A program made the position numbers and the translations under genes. Of a stretch of 64,000 nt of DNA, positions 10,873-23,860 are shown one piece after another. How positions within the stretch are numbered: position 1 is the stretch's first letter; every line of letters starts with the position of its first letter. Below the pieces are notes generated by a model. That model was not told where the DNA came from. It did not search any database and saw only the letters and a list, made by a program, of their open reading frames with translations. Origin of the DNA: Felis catus (Eukaryota); NCBI RefSeq assembly GCF_018350175.1, contig NC_058369.1, positions 7,256,001-7,320,000 of the forward strand, written 5' to 3'.

Positions 10873-12843
10873 CCGAAGCAGACTCCAGGCCCCAAGATGT
10901 TCAGCACAGAGCCTAACGTGGGACTTGAACTCATGAGCCATGAGATCATGACTTTTGCCAAAGTTGGACGCTTAACCTACTGAGCCACCCAGGCACCCCT
11001 CATGAAATAAATTTTAAAATATTTTCTCTGGAATTACTCAAGATGACTTGAAAACTTTTTACCTTTCCTTTCAATAGGTTCTTTTATACACCAACATTAT
11101 TATGCTCACCACTCCGTATTACAATCATGTTTACCTCTTTGGTCCCCTCCTCAATTTGTAGAGACAAATTACAAATTAGACAATAATTACACACTGCTAG
11201 AAACTTAATGGAATCAAAGTGAATTGAAGCCACCCCATTATTATTGAAAAATTATTATTTTTTTCAGTAATTTCAAGATCTAACTATATATGTATGTATA
11301 TATATCTATATTGATATAGATATAGATATATCTCCAATACTTGTTTTTTGCTCAGTTTGGTTTTGTCCCAAAACCAAAAATTCCAACTATGATATTGTTT
11401 TAATTCCCTTCACAGTCTTCACCACCTGACTTCATTAGGGGTCCTCAGAAACAGACACTGAGCCAATGATTCATGTGCAAGTGCTTTACTGGGAGAAGTA
11501 AGGAACAAGGACATGGGTTAGAGACAGGAGAAGTGATACAGGGAACAAAATATATCCAATAAAGCATACCATAAGTCAGCTCCCACAACAAGTGAGCAGA
11601 GTTTTCATCCTGTGGGAAAATACTGGAAATTGGCACAAAATGGAAATATGAGAATTATCACAGCTAAGGAGTAAAGAAGATGGTATGCCTCACACCTCTC
11701 CATCAAGATCTGTCCATGCTGGGGCATACTTCCCTGTTACTTCTACCCTCATGCACCTGTTGCTGAACATTGGCAGTCATAACATTGTTATGCGGCGGAG
11801 AAAGTAAAAGGATCCCGGGGAACGAAGGAGAAATGCTGGTATCTTCTACTACTCCATTCTTCACTGCAGACTCATTTCTATCAAAATTCTTTTTAACAAG
11901 TGAAGTGAGTTCTGAATACAATTCACAAGTGTGTAACTACAACTCCTGATAATACCTACTATGAATACTCTCCCCCCAGAATAGTCTTAGTCTATTGTAA
12001 TCATTATTACATGTTTTAGGATCTTGGGGGCATATCTTAAAACCACAATAATGGGGAAATAAAGGTCCAATAGAACATGAAATGGGCAGAGAACAAGAAG
12101 AAAGGAAGGAAAGAAGGCAGAAGAAAGACAAATATGAGGCAATATCTCAGTGATTTCCTATGCAATTACCTACAAACCTGAACAAATGAGGTTTCAAATC
12201 AAGATCCCTACTCTTAAAGTTGAAAATCCACATCAGTGTTTTCAGGAACACTAAGATAGCAAACTTAGGAGCATGGGATCATATTCAGGTTTCCATGTTG
12301 GGATCCATCCCAATCTCAATCTTTTTGAAAAAGAGGGAAAATATCTTAAGTAAATGTCAAATACATAAATTTACAGATGTAGATCAACAAGCACAGTCTT
12401 GATATGGCAAGCACTTTGGTTATGACTATTGTATGGTTTCCATTCTGTTTCCCCCAGGGAGAAACAAACTTACAACCAAATTAAGGTGAAGGATGTCAGC
12501 ATTTGAGAAGACAGTTTTGGGAGGAAACCATGCAGGCACTTGCTATTAGTGCTTCACATCAAGTATTAAAAATCTCAGGAATGACTGTAGGAAAGCTAAC
12601 CAAAGATAGAATGTTATGCGCTGCAAACAGGGAAGACAAACGAAAAAAGGAATTACTGAAGAGATTATTGAGGAGAAACTAATACAAAACCAAAGCCAAA
12701 TGAAGGCAAAGTCATGGGGATTTTGAGAATAGAAGAAGTGAGGCATGTCTTTTAGGGGAGGAAGAAAACCAAGAGATTTATATGCACAATTATTTGCCTT
12801 TTGGAGCTCACAATGTCTACTTGGTTCTGAGGCCAGTGGCCCA

Positions 12844-13782
12844 TCATGGACAAAGGGCTCCACGACTATGGAGTCTTCTCAGGGCCCCCTTCACATCCTT
12901 GTTCCTGAGGCTGTAGATGAAGGGGTTCAGCATGGGGGTGACCACAGTATACATCACTGAGGCAATTGGGATTCTCTGGGAAGAATGAATCCCAGCAGGA
13001 CTGAGATAGAGCCCCAAGCTTGCCCCGTAGTACAAGGAGACCACAGAGAGATGTGAGCCACAGGTTGAAAATGCTTTATATTTTCCTGCTGCAGAGGACA
13101 TTCTCATTAAAGAGGAGACGATCAGAGAGTAGGAAAAGAAGATCCCAGTCAGAGGAAACACACCCAGTATGGCAGTCGACACATACAAGAAGATATTATT
13201 GATACGAGTGTCAGAGCAGGCTACCTGGAGAATCTGAACCACTTCACAGAAGAAATGTGGAATTTCCGCACCTGTACAGAAGGTCAGCCGCCTCACCAGT
13301 AGGACATGAATCAGGGAGACCCAGAAAATGATGAGCCAACACACCAGAACCAGCAGGCCACAGAGTCGTGGGTTCATGATGACTGTGTAGTGCAGGGGGT
13401 GGCAGATGGCCACAAACCGGTCATAGGCCATCACGGTCAGGAGGAAACCATCCATTCCAGCAAAAATCATAAAAAAGTACAGCTGAGTGAGGCATCCAGG
13501 GTAGGAGATGTCTTTGCTCTGTGCCTGGATGTTTACCAGCATCTTCGGGACAGTGGTGGAAATGAAACAGATGTCAACAGAGGACAGGTTAGAGAGGAAG
13601 AAGTACATGGGGGTGTGGAGGTTGGAATCAGAGAGGATGGCCAGGATGATGAGCAGGTTTCCTAGCACAGTGACTAGGTACATGAACAGAAACAAGCCAA
13701 AGAGGAGGGGCTGCAGTTCTGGGTCATCTGAGAGGCCCCGAAGGAAGAATTCTGATACTCTGGTATGGTTTCCTGCTTCCAT
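12844..13782 (-). CDS. OR7D4: Olfactory receptor family 7 subfamily D, OR7D4-like, intact 312 aa
   Basis: Single-exon ORF with all class II OR motifs: N-glycosylation site [93 protein letters not shown] and RLTF.TG.EIPH match OR7D4 better than OR7D2 as recalled. The OR call is certain; strict orthology is not. Confidence 0.93.
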   Translation of the reverse strand: MEAGNHTRVSEFFLRGLSDDPELQPLLFGLFLFMYLVTVLGNLLIILAILSDSNLHTPMYFFLSNLSSVDICFISTTVPKMLVNIQAQSKDISYPGCLTQLYFFMIFAGMDGFLLTVMAYDRFVAICHPLHYTVIMNPRLCGLLVLVCWLIIFWVSLIHVLLVRRLTFCTGAEIPHFFCEVVQILQVACSDTRINNIFLYVSTAILGVFPLTGIFFSYSLIVSSLMRMSSAAGKYKAFSTCGSHLSVVSLYYGASLGLYLSPAGIHSSQRIPIASVMYTVVTPMLNPFIYSLRNKDVKGALRRLHSRGALCP

Positions 13783-14609
13783 GTGTCTGATGTGTCTCCT
13801 AGAGAAGGAGTGAAAAGAAATATTTAGTGCCTAGACAACTGGGACATCAGCCAGTCATTACCTTTATAATACCATCTTTAAAATTTTTTTAATGTTTATT
13901 TATTTTTGAAGGAGAAAGAGAGCATGAGCAGGGGAGGGGCAAAGTGAGAGGGAGACACAGAATCCGAAGCAGGCCCCAGGCTCTGAGCTGTCAGCACAGA
14001 GCCCAACGCAGAGCTTGAACTCATGAACTGTGAGATCGTGACCTGAGCCAAAGTCAAATGCCGACTCAGTAACCGACTGAGCCACCCAGGCACCCTTCTA
14101 ATACCACGTTTAGGTGGACATCCTTCACCCTCCATTAGTTCTTCCAAAGGTAAGATTCACTCAGTCAAATGGTAGCTCATTTTCAATCTAAATGTTCTTA
14201 GGTATCCTTTTAAAAATTTAGCAGACATCTCTTTTTATCTCCTATTCACTGGTCTAATTCTATTTGAAGCCATGTACATAAACCAATTTCTTCTATGATA
14301 TGACCATTCAAAATAACTGAAGACATTGAATGTCTTTCTTTGATAATCTCCACTATTCAAAGACCTGTATACTAGTTACTCAATGTGTATTCCTCAAGTC
14401 AAATAGCCTTAATTTTATGCTTCATATCAATGTGACATAACTATTGTCTTATTATTTTTCATTCTAAATATGTGGTTATGGCTATTAACTTCTTTGAGGA
14501 TTCAAAGGCTCGTGTGCAGTAAATAAATGATAGTTTTTTGGTCAATAAATGATAGCTTTTTAAAATCAACCTATTCCTTTTTACTTTTGATACACAACTC
14601 TCCCAAAAG

Positions 14610-14870
14610 ACAGCATACAGCTGTGGTTTAGAACATAGGATCTGAGTCAGACTTGCTGGAATAGAAATTTGGTCTACCAACTTACTCTCTGTGTGACCCT
14701 GAGAAAGTTAATCTCTCATAGCTGCAGATAGTACACCCCTACAATGGAAGTGGCAAGCGTTCCCTACACCATAAGCCTGGTGAGTGAAGTAAATGAGATG
14801 ATGCACGTAATGTTTCTACTGTGATTCTTGTGACATTCTGTGGATACTTGACAAATGTGAGATTCTGTCC
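14610..14870 (+). mobile_element. MIR SINE
   Basis: GGTTTAGAACATAGGATCTGAGTCAGAC...CTGTGTGACCCTGAGAAAGTTAATCTCTC...AAATGAGATGATGCACGTAA resembles the MIR core. Confidence 0.7.
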
Positions 14871-15271
14871 TTACCATCACTATGGTCTGTCTGTCTTATA
14901 TGGCTATTGCTTATCAATATTAAACTGAGAGAGCCATCAGAGATGGAACTCTGATCATTATAAACACAGCAGGCCTGGTAGCTCTTTTGAACACCATCAA
15001 GTACTTCTAATTAATGAAGATCCTATGCCTCCCTCTTTCAAATACCATCTGCCAAGTGGACTCATCCAAGAACAGGGAAGAGCAGGTGGACTACATAGAT
15101 TTTTTAAAAAGGTGAAACAAAAGCACACACACATTAAAGCAAAACACGAAACTTGTATGGGAGCGTGTGCCCATGTGCACTCACTCTAGAGCAGGGGTGT
15201 GTTATATTAAAACTTAGCACTTTAGTTGCGGAAAAATAATCAATAGATTTCATCAAAAATATGCAAAAATT

Positions 15272-15399
15272 GGGGCACCTGGGTGGCTCAGTCAGTTAGG
15301 CATCCGACTCTTGGTTTCAGCTTAGGTCATGATCTCCCAGTCACAGGATCAAGCCCCACATAGGGCTCCATGCCACCCTGGGCCTGGAGCATGCTTGAG

Positions 15400-15453
<54 letters not shown>

Positions 15454-15530
15454 CCTCCCTCCCTCCCTCCCCAGCTTATGCATGCTCTCTCTCCCTCTCT
15501 CTCAAAAAAAATTAAAAGATTAAAAAATAT
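15272..15530 (+). mobile_element. CAN-SINE
   Basis: GGGGCACCTGGGTGGCTCAGTC..., long (CT)n, A-rich tail directly abutting the RPS8 retrocopy. Confidence 0.9.
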
Positions 15531-15536
15531 TTTTAA

Positions 15537-16249
15537 CCCTTTCACAGCCAGCGCCGAGAGCTATGGGCATCTCGGGACAACTGGCACAAGCACCGCAAGA
15601 CCGGGGGCAAGAGAAAGCCCTATCACAAGAGCGGAAGTAGGAGCTGGGACGCCCCGCTGCCGACACTGAGATTGGCCCCCGCCGTGTACCTGCAGTTCGA
15701 ATTCGGGGAGGCAGTAAGGTGTCTTGAGGCTGGACGTGGGCAACTTCTCCTGGGGCTCTGAGTGTTGTACGCGCAAAACAAAGATTATTGATGTTGTCTA
15801 CAATGCATCCAACAACGAACTGGTCCGCACCAAGGCCTTGGTGAAGAAACGTATTGTGCTCATTGATAGCACACAGTACCGGCAGTGGTACGGGTCTCAC
15901 TATGCACTGCCCCCGGGCCACAAGAAGGGGGCCAAGCCGACTCCCGAGGAGGAGGAGATTTTAAACAAAAAACGATCAAAGAAAATTCAGAAGAAATATG
16001 ATGAAAGGAAAAAGAATGCCAAATTAGCAGTCTTCTGGAGGAGCGGTTCCAGCAGGGCAAGCGTCTTGCATGCATCGCTTCAAGACCAGGCCAGTGTGGC
16101 CAAGCAGATGGCTATGTGCTGGAGGGCAAGGAGCTAGAGTTCTATCTGAGGAAAATCAAAGCCCGGAAAGGCAAATAAATCTTCCTCCTTCCTATCTTTG
16201 GTCATGTAATAAAGGTGTTTATTATGCCCTGTAAAAAAAAAAGAAAAAA
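15537..16249 (+). pseudogene. RPS8: RPS8 (40S ribosomal protein S8/eS8) processed pseudogene, full length
   Basis: 5' pyrimidine start CCCTTTCACAGCCAGCGCCGAG; ATG at 15563 (MGIS); [36 protein letters not shown]...[15 protein letters not shown]; ends [17 protein letters not shown] (16176-16178); AATAAA 16208-16213; poly(A) 16233-16249. Intronless, with frameshifts and stops. Confidence 0.96.
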
Positions 16250-16253
16250 GTAT

Positions 16254-16519
16254 GGGGCGCCTGGGTGGCTCAGTCAGTTGAGCAACCGACTAGGGCTCAG
16301 GTCATGATCTCACGGTTTGTGAGTTCGAGGTCCGCGTCGGGCTCTGTGCTGACATCTCAGAGCCTGGAGCCTGCTTCTGATTCTGTGTCTCCCTCTCTCT
16401 CTGTCCCTCCCCTGCTCATGCTCTGTCTCTGTCTCAGAAATAAATAAACATAAAAAAATTTTTTTAAGTGTATATATATAGATATTCATATATAAACTTA
16501 TATATATCCATAGAAGTTA

Positions 16520-16575
<56 letters not shown>

Positions 16576-16733
16576 GTGGCTCAGTCGGTTAAGCATCTCA
16601 CTTCTGCTGAGGTCATGATCTCAGGTTAGTGGGTTCCAGCTCCAGGTCGGGCTCTGTGCTGACAGCTCAGAGCCTGGAGCCTGTTTCAGATTCTGTGTGT
16701 GTGTGTGTCTCTCTCTGCCCCTCCCCTGCTCAT

Positions 16734-16783
<50 letters not shown>

Positions 16784-16964
16784 TCTCTCTCTCAAAAATA
16801 AATAAACATTAAACAAATTTTTTTAACTTAAAAGCCAAAGGGGTGCCTGGGTGGCTCCGTCAGTTAGTTGAGTGTCCGACTTTGGCTCAGGTCATGATCT
16901 CACAGTTGGTGGGTTCAAGACCCACATTGGGCTTTACACGGACAGCACAGAGCATGCTTTGGAT

Positions 16965-17012
<48 letters not shown>

Positions 17013-17060
17013 CCTCCCCTGCTCATTCTTTCTCAAAAATAAACAAACATTAAAAAAAAC
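16254..17060 (+). mobile_element. Cluster of three tandem CAN-SINEs with (TG)n(TA)n microsatellite
   Basis: SINE heads at ~16254, ~16573 and ~16840, each with CT tract and AATAAA/A tail. Confidence 0.88.
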
Positions 17061-18649
17061 TTAAAAGGCAAAAAATTTAAAAGGCAAAGTTAACATGACA
17101 GTAAATGTTTACTTTATGCATGATTGAAAGAGGCCCTTGTTATTACTAATGCCTAGAGAGTGCAATTAATTAAAGAGAGAAACAATTATTGAGGACCAAT
17201 TTTGTCTGAGGAGTTGCATAGAAAAGTCTTTTCTGAAATTGTATTCTTGAACTGCAAGAGTAAGGATGGGCAATTGTTCATCAAGGGAAATAAGGAAAGG
17301 GCACTCATTTGGAGTGGAGAGAACAGAATGTGCACTTTCCTCATGGTTGGATGAGCTTAGTAATGGAACATTTTTGAGAGGCCAGTGAGAAGGAGAGCAG
17401 ACAGTGAGGTTCAGGACAGACAGCACGTGAGGAGCACAAGTGGAGCATCCTATACTATGCCTAAATGTGCCTCTCATGTTGGTGATTTTATGTTTATTTG
17501 TGGGTCAGAGGTCATGACTATTTTTGCTCTCCATTGTCTTTCTAGAGATATACTTGGTGCCTACACTTACTAGGTGTCAACACATGAAATGTTAGATGTA
17601 TAATAATGACTGAAACCAAAAGTGTCCACTAAAACACTACAAAGGAATCTTTAAGCTCAACATATGATTAAATGTAGACCAAAAAAAAAAAAAATAGAAT
17701 AATAAGGTTAAATACAACACAGTCATACCTCTTTAAAAAGAGTAATATATCATAAACAAGTAACACAAGTATTTCAGGAATGGAAAGTTCCTTAATGCTA
17801 GGGTGTTTGCTAAAAGTATGCATCTCAAAAATAGAGAAATGAAGAGGAATCATAACCATAATCACAATGGAAAAAGTATTTGAGAAAATGTAACAGCCAT
17901 TACTGTGGTTAGCTGCCTGGAAAAAGCCTCTTGCCACATGAAGAAACTTTGGTCAATTTCTTAACCGGATAAAGAATAGTTGTTTAAAATTGCAACCAAC
18001 AGGGTATTCTACATTAAGACACTAAATTATTTCTGTTAAATTTGTGAGCAAGCCAAGACAGTTTACTCCGACTTCAATCAGTCAATATTCTCTTGAATAT
18101 TTATATAGATTAGTAAGAAAGTTGGGGAATGGATATTAGCCTGAATACCGAATGCCAGAAATAATTACATTATTTGTAGGTATATTGTGGACACTAAAGG
18201 AAAACAACAACAACACAGAACTAGTCAGTGCTATCAGTAAGTCAAATCTGCCAGGAAAAACAGGGAATATAATAGAAAAATCCAATCACTTGAGGGACAA
18301 AGAAGGCAAATCATGCATAACACACATCGAATGAGTGGGTAATGAATAAATGATGGGACAGGAAATCAGACAGGAACCTAGAATTCATGGGAAAGAATAG
18401 AGAAGAGGAGACTCACTGGAAAATAACTCCTATTGGAGAGAGGCTCTAGTTTCTGGAAGAGTGAAGGAAGCATAGCAAGAGCTGGAAAGACTGGTTTAAG
18501 TAGCAAGTAAATCACCTTCAAATTACAGAGGCTTCAGCTTTGTTATGGGATTGTTCCAGTCCCATTATTCTAGAGGTAAACCCAATACTCACTTTCTCAT
18601 CCCTTTTCCTCATACTCCTCCAGCCCTTACTGGGAAACAGTGATCTTAC

Positions 18650-18865
18650 CCTCTCTGATTGTTACCACTGAAGCTTTCTTTTCTTGCAGTTTGTCCCAGA
18701 AGAGCCCATTTGGGTTTTCCTCTAGGCTGCCATCAGAGAATTATAGGAAAGGGGCAACAGGACATGTTATTATCGTCTCAGTGTCTGAATTCTCAAAGGT
18801 CCTCACTGAGTAAATTGCTCTACTGACTTTCCTCTTTCCAAACAATTCAGGTCCCTTGGGATACA
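18650..18865 (-). promoter_or_regulatory. Candidate OR promoter and non-coding first exon
   Basis: O/E(EBF)-type site TCCCTTGGGA 18852-18861; minus-strand CTATAA ~18746-18741; donor AGG|GTAAGA at 18650/18649; matching acceptor TTCTCTAG 16 nt upstream of the OR ATG (13800-13799). Confidence 0.45.
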
Positions 18866-19839
18866 GAGATGAAAGAATGGAAAATTTCCAGACAGTCATG
18901 TCTATGTAGGCAACAGGGGGCCAAGATGAAGGTATTTTCTCAAAAAAAGAAATTTCTTCTTTCTATGGTTTGACTTAAAATGAGAAAATATCTCCTAAGA
19001 AACATTTAATTCCTACAAGAACGAAAACCAGGAATCACCTTTATAGGATGCTCATTGTTGAAGAATCTTTGGAGATTTCAAAGGTCACTTAGTCCACAGT
19101 GTCATGGAAGCAAAAGGTCCTTTCTGAACAAAAGCAGAGTAGCTAATAGTTTTTTGTTCTCTTTAAAGGACTAACAAAATGACTGAAAACATCCCTTGAC
19201 ATTTGCCAGAGACATGGAGGCCTTTGCTGATATTTGATAGGGCTTCATTTTTTACCTCTAAAGTGAAGAGTAAGGCTGTAAACAATCCAGTAGAGTGTGT
19301 TGACAAGTGAGTATTGAGGAAATAGAGGTGCCAGTATAAATCACCTATGAAATTTGTCAGGGAAGGTGAGGATAGAGGTAAAATAACGCAGAAAAGAAAT
19401 TGTGGAGTATGGCTAGTTTAAAATTTTTTGTTTAATGAAAATTTGCAACAGGTTTAATTTCAAAGAGTATGGTCACATTTTTTTAATGTTTATTTTTGAG
19501 AGAGAAAGAAAGAGAGAGAGACAGAACATGAGCAGGGGAGGGGCAGAGAGAGAGGGAGACACAGAATCCAAAGCAGGCTCGAGTCTCTGAGCTGCCAGCA
19601 CAGAGCCCTTCGGGGGGCTTGAACCCACAAAACATGAGATCAACACCTGAGCTGAAGTTGGACACCCAAACTATTGAGCCACCCAGGTGCCCCCAAAGAG
19701 TATGATCACATTTAGAGCAGACATTTGCATTCAGCAGACATTCAAGCTACACAATTCACAGGATGCATATACACTCAATAGTCAATGACAATCATAACGT
19801 GCAGTATCTCCAATATATGGGATACATGGGTTCAGAAAT

Positions 19840-20460
19840 CAAGCTTGTTAGTAGAAACAGCCCTGTGTAATGTCACTCCCAGTGAGCCACTTGGGCAGTA
19901 TTTGCTTCAGGTCTTCTCAATTCAACCCTTAGCAGGTTAAGATGTCTTGAATCCTAAAACGTAGCACTTCCAGCGACATGACCAATGTCCTATTAAACCT
20001 GAAGCTATCCAGCTACCTGGCACTTGAGGTCCCTCATGTCAGAAAGAGGGGACATCATTTTGGCAGGGTTAATTGACCCTGGTCATCAGTGTCACTGTGT
20101 GAGCATGGCATTGGGCATGCTCTGGTACCCTACTGTATTCAGTCGGCGGATGGGAGCAGTCCAGCAACATCCTCAAAGCAAACACAGTGGTGGATACAGA
20201 TGGCTGTCAGGCAATTGTACTTTCACAGCAAGAGACATGAGTGGATGAGTGAGGCTGCTTCCTTTAGCCGAGGGCAATTCTCTAAGAGGGCTGAAGACTG
20301 AGGGCTGTCAGAAGGCTGCACTCTCTGAACCTGGGGAAGAAGCCTTTCATTCTGAATGGAAAAGTGAGTGACACAACAGAGTTTACTACAGTCCACCCCA
20401 TCGGCATTTGGATCATGGCCTGCAACAACATGTACAGTGTCCATGAGAGTTTATTTGTGA
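19840..20460 (+). mobile_element. ERVL/MaLR internal-like remnant
   Basis: CCCAGTGAGCCACTTGGGCAGTATTTGCTTC...GTTAATTGACCCTGGTCATCAG resembles ERVL/MLT internal 3' sequence; degenerate, boundaries approximate. Confidence 0.5.
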
Positions 20461-20479
20461 TGCATGAGGGTAAGTAGTT

Positions 20480-22157
20480 GGGAAGGACTGTCCTTAGAAA
20501 GTGGGAGCCATGCTGAGAACTGGAGGACTATAGGGTTACTGATAATACCTACTCCAGCTTTGATGCTTCATCTTGCTCATGTTCTGGCCATGGCCTCTTT
20601 TGGGAATACCTGTTTTGGGTCCCTTGGAGACTAATATAGCCAAGGCCCAGATAGGGGGAGGCTTGCTTTGACCCTCTGTAAATTTGTTAAAGATAACAGT
20701 CTCTCCCCCTACCCTTTTTAAAAATAATTTTATTTTAAGTTTATTTTTATTTATTTTAAGAGAGAGAGTGACTGGAAGAGGGGTAGAGAGAGAGGGATAG
20801 AGAGAGACCCCAAGCAGGCTCTGCACTGTCAGTGCAGAGCCCGATGCAGGGCTCGAACCCATGAACCATGAGATCGTGACCTGAGCCAAAGTCGGATGCT
20901 TAACCGATTGAGCCACCCAGGCACCCTTCTCCCCTTTCTGACACATAGCTGGCACCGCAAAATCTAATTAATGTTAGCTGTCAGGTGCTTGTGAAACCTC
21001 TGAAACAGTTCCCTCCCCCCCCCCCCACACACACACAAATAGCATCCCGTTGCCCTATAAAATTTGTGGAGTAGGGTCGGGACTTTGCAGAGAATAGCTG
21101 TGCAGGACCTGGATTGTCACCCGACCTGTCCCCCCGTTTGTAAATTTCCCTGAATAAAACTGTATAAGTTGTATGGAGTCACCAGCTTTGTTTTTGGGTC
21201 TCAAAGTGCCTTCTCAGTGAAGAGACACTCCTCCTCCCCCACTTTGAAACAAGAAGCATGAGTAATGCTGAGCCACACATAATCTTTTTTTTTCAATATA
21301 TGAAATTTATTGTCAAATTGGTTTCCATACAACACCCAGTGCTCATCCCAAAAGGTGCCCTCCTCAATACCCATCACCCACCCTCCCCTCCCTCCCACCC
21401 CCCATCAACCCTCAGTTTGTTCTCAGTTTTTAACAGTCTCTTATGCTTTGGCTCTCTCCCACTCTAACCTCTCTTTTTTTTTTTTCCTTCCCCTCCTCCA
21501 TGGGTTTCTGTTAAGTTTCTCAGGATCCACATAAGAGTGAAAACATATGGTATCTGTCTTTCTCTGTATGGCTTATTTCACTTAGCATCACACTCTCCAG
21601 TTCCATCCACGTTGCTACAAAGGGCCATATTTCGTTCTTTCTCATTGCCATGTAGTACTCCATTGTGTATATAAACCACAATTTCTTTATCCATTCATCA
21701 GTTGATGGACATTTAGGCTCTTTCCATAATTTGGCTATTGTTGAGAGTGCTGCTATAAACATTGGGGTACAAGTGCCCCTATGCATCAGTACTCCTGTAT
21801 CCCTTGGGTAAATTCCTAGCAGTGCTATTGCTGGGTCATAGGGTAAGTCTATTTTTAATTTTCTGAGGAACCTCCACACTGCTTTCCAGAGTGGCTGCAC
21901 CAATTTGCATTCCCACCAACAGTGCAAGAGGGTTCCCGTTTCTCCACATCCTCGCCAGCATCTATAGTGTCCTGATTTGTTCATTTTGGCCACTCTGACT
22001 GGCGTGAGGTGATATCTGAGTGTGGTTTTGATTTGTATTTCCCTGATGAGGAGCGACGTTGAGCATCTTTTCATGTGCCTGTTGGCCATCCGAGCCATGC
22101 ATAATCTTGTCTTTCTGACCTGCTTCTCTGTAACCTAATTCTCTCCCACTACTGCCA
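20480..22157 (+). mobile_element. LTR interrupted by a SINE (~20720-20926) and an L1
   Basis: CTATAAAA ~21055, AATAAA ~21153, U5-like sequence resuming after the L1 and ending ...CTGCCA; left boundary approximate. Confidence 0.55.
21287..22091 (-). mobile_element. 5'-truncated young L1 (ORF2 C-terminus plus 3'UTR)
   Basis: Open ORF2 end [32 protein letters not shown]...[15 protein letters not shown]...; 17-bp TSD at 21270-21286 / 22092-22108. Confidence 0.95.
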
Positions 22158-23467
22158 TTAGACCGAACATGAGATCAACCCATGCCACTGCCAATGGAAA
22201 TTATCTGTGAGGTGTTTCACAGGCACATCGGACTGAACCTTTCCACCAAAAAACTCAAGGTCTTTCTTTTTTTTTCCCACCCTCCTTCTTTCCTTCCTTT
22301 TCTCCTCCTTTCCTTCCTTCCCTCCTTTCCTTTTAACATGTGATACCAGAGAGAGCAACACCATCAACAACATCAACAAATCCCCACATGGAGCATCCTG
22401 GATGGTTAAGGAACAATAACATGATGTTAAAATAGGATTCCTAAATATTTTTATTAGCACTTAACAGAAACTCTGTTATTACTCTTTATATATTAGTTTA
22501 TTTTCTTTCTCCCAATTAAAGTAAATTCTGTGAATAGTGGGCCTTTGTTTTGTTTCAAACATCATACAAGTTCATAGAATCCAGCAGTTAATAAATGTTT
22601 GAACCCACAAATCAGTCAATCACAACAATGCTAAGAGTAGAATGAGAAATGGTTTGGGGAGTGCAGACCTGTGTCACATTCACTCTCCCAGTCTCTGCCT
22701 GATACTAGACATCACATACACAAACTGAATATTTGTCACTGGATGAAATGTGCACAGTGCGTTACCCTTTGAAAGAAATCTATTCAAGAGCCCCACCCCC
22801 ACCCCCAGCCAGCCAAGCGTATAGACAAAACTCACAGGTGTCTGCACTTGGCCCTAACTCTGCTTTTCGTGATCAGGTGCCCTACATTCTTGGACAACTA
22901 CAAAACATATTCTTCTCCAGCCTGACCACAACCCACATCCCAGATGAGCCGTGGACAGAGCCCCTGGAAAACCTGCCACCCCCCCTGCTCTATGTGGCCA
23001 AGAGCTGACCCCCTCCCCATACCCATCCCTCCCTGCAACGGGCACAGCTGCAACCTTCCCACATCTTTCAAAACCCCTTAAAAGGCCCAGCCTGACAGAA
23101 ATTTGGGTCAACATTTCTCTAGATGTCTGGCCCCTCTCCTCCCTTGGGGAGGGAATAAGCTCTGTCTTGCTGTTGCTCTACTCTTTGTGCAATTGTTTGC
23201 TACCCCAATCACTGGCCACCCTAACACCCTTTGTTTCTTTCATTAATCCTTCTGTTAATTTCAGAATGCCTTGTTTCTCTCATACATTTTACTGACATGG
23301 TACATTTAGGTTATTTGCCTCCTTAAAGCAAAACTCCATATTTAAAAGTAGTGTAAGTAGTGGAATATAATAAGAAACAAGAACTCTGGTCAAGATAGCA
23401 AGTTTCCCGCATGGTTAATAAAAAGGAATAATTACAGAAGGGCATATAACACACATCTTGGACAGTG

Positions 23468-23860
23468 TTGTGGGCTGAACTGAGTTCTCCCAAAATTCAT
23501 GTTGAGATTGTGATCCCCAGCACCTAACGATGTGACTGTATTTGAAGAAACCCCTTAAAAGAGGTAAATTAAAATGGGTACATTAGGGTGAGCCTTTAGC
23601 CAATCTCACTGTAGGTCTTTATAAGAGACTTGGACACACAGAAACACACCAGGGGCATGCATGCACAGAGAAATTATCTGAAGAGGCAGCAGCAGGACAG
23701 GCATCTGCAAGCAAGTGACAGGGTTCCTGGAGGTACCAACCCTACTGGTACCCTGATCGTGGACTCCCAGCATCCACAATGACAAGGAAGTGAATTCTGT
23801 TGATTATGTTCACTCACTATAGTATTGTATTATGGCAGCTCCAGCAAACACATACAGGCA
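23468..23860 (+). mobile_element. MLT1 (MaLR) solo LTR
   Basis: TGTTGTGGGCTGAACTGAGTTCTCCCAAAATTCATGTTGA...GATGTGACTGTATTTGA...ATGGCAGCTCCAGCAAACACATACA. Confidence 0.8.

Noticed and set aside
15724..16137. 137-aa ORF as a functional RPS8
   Set aside because: Non-ATG start, frameshifted at both ends, intronless with poly(A): a processed pseudogene.
21520..22098. 192-aa ORF as a host gene
   Set aside because: It is the C-terminus of L1 ORF2 in a 5'-truncated insertion.
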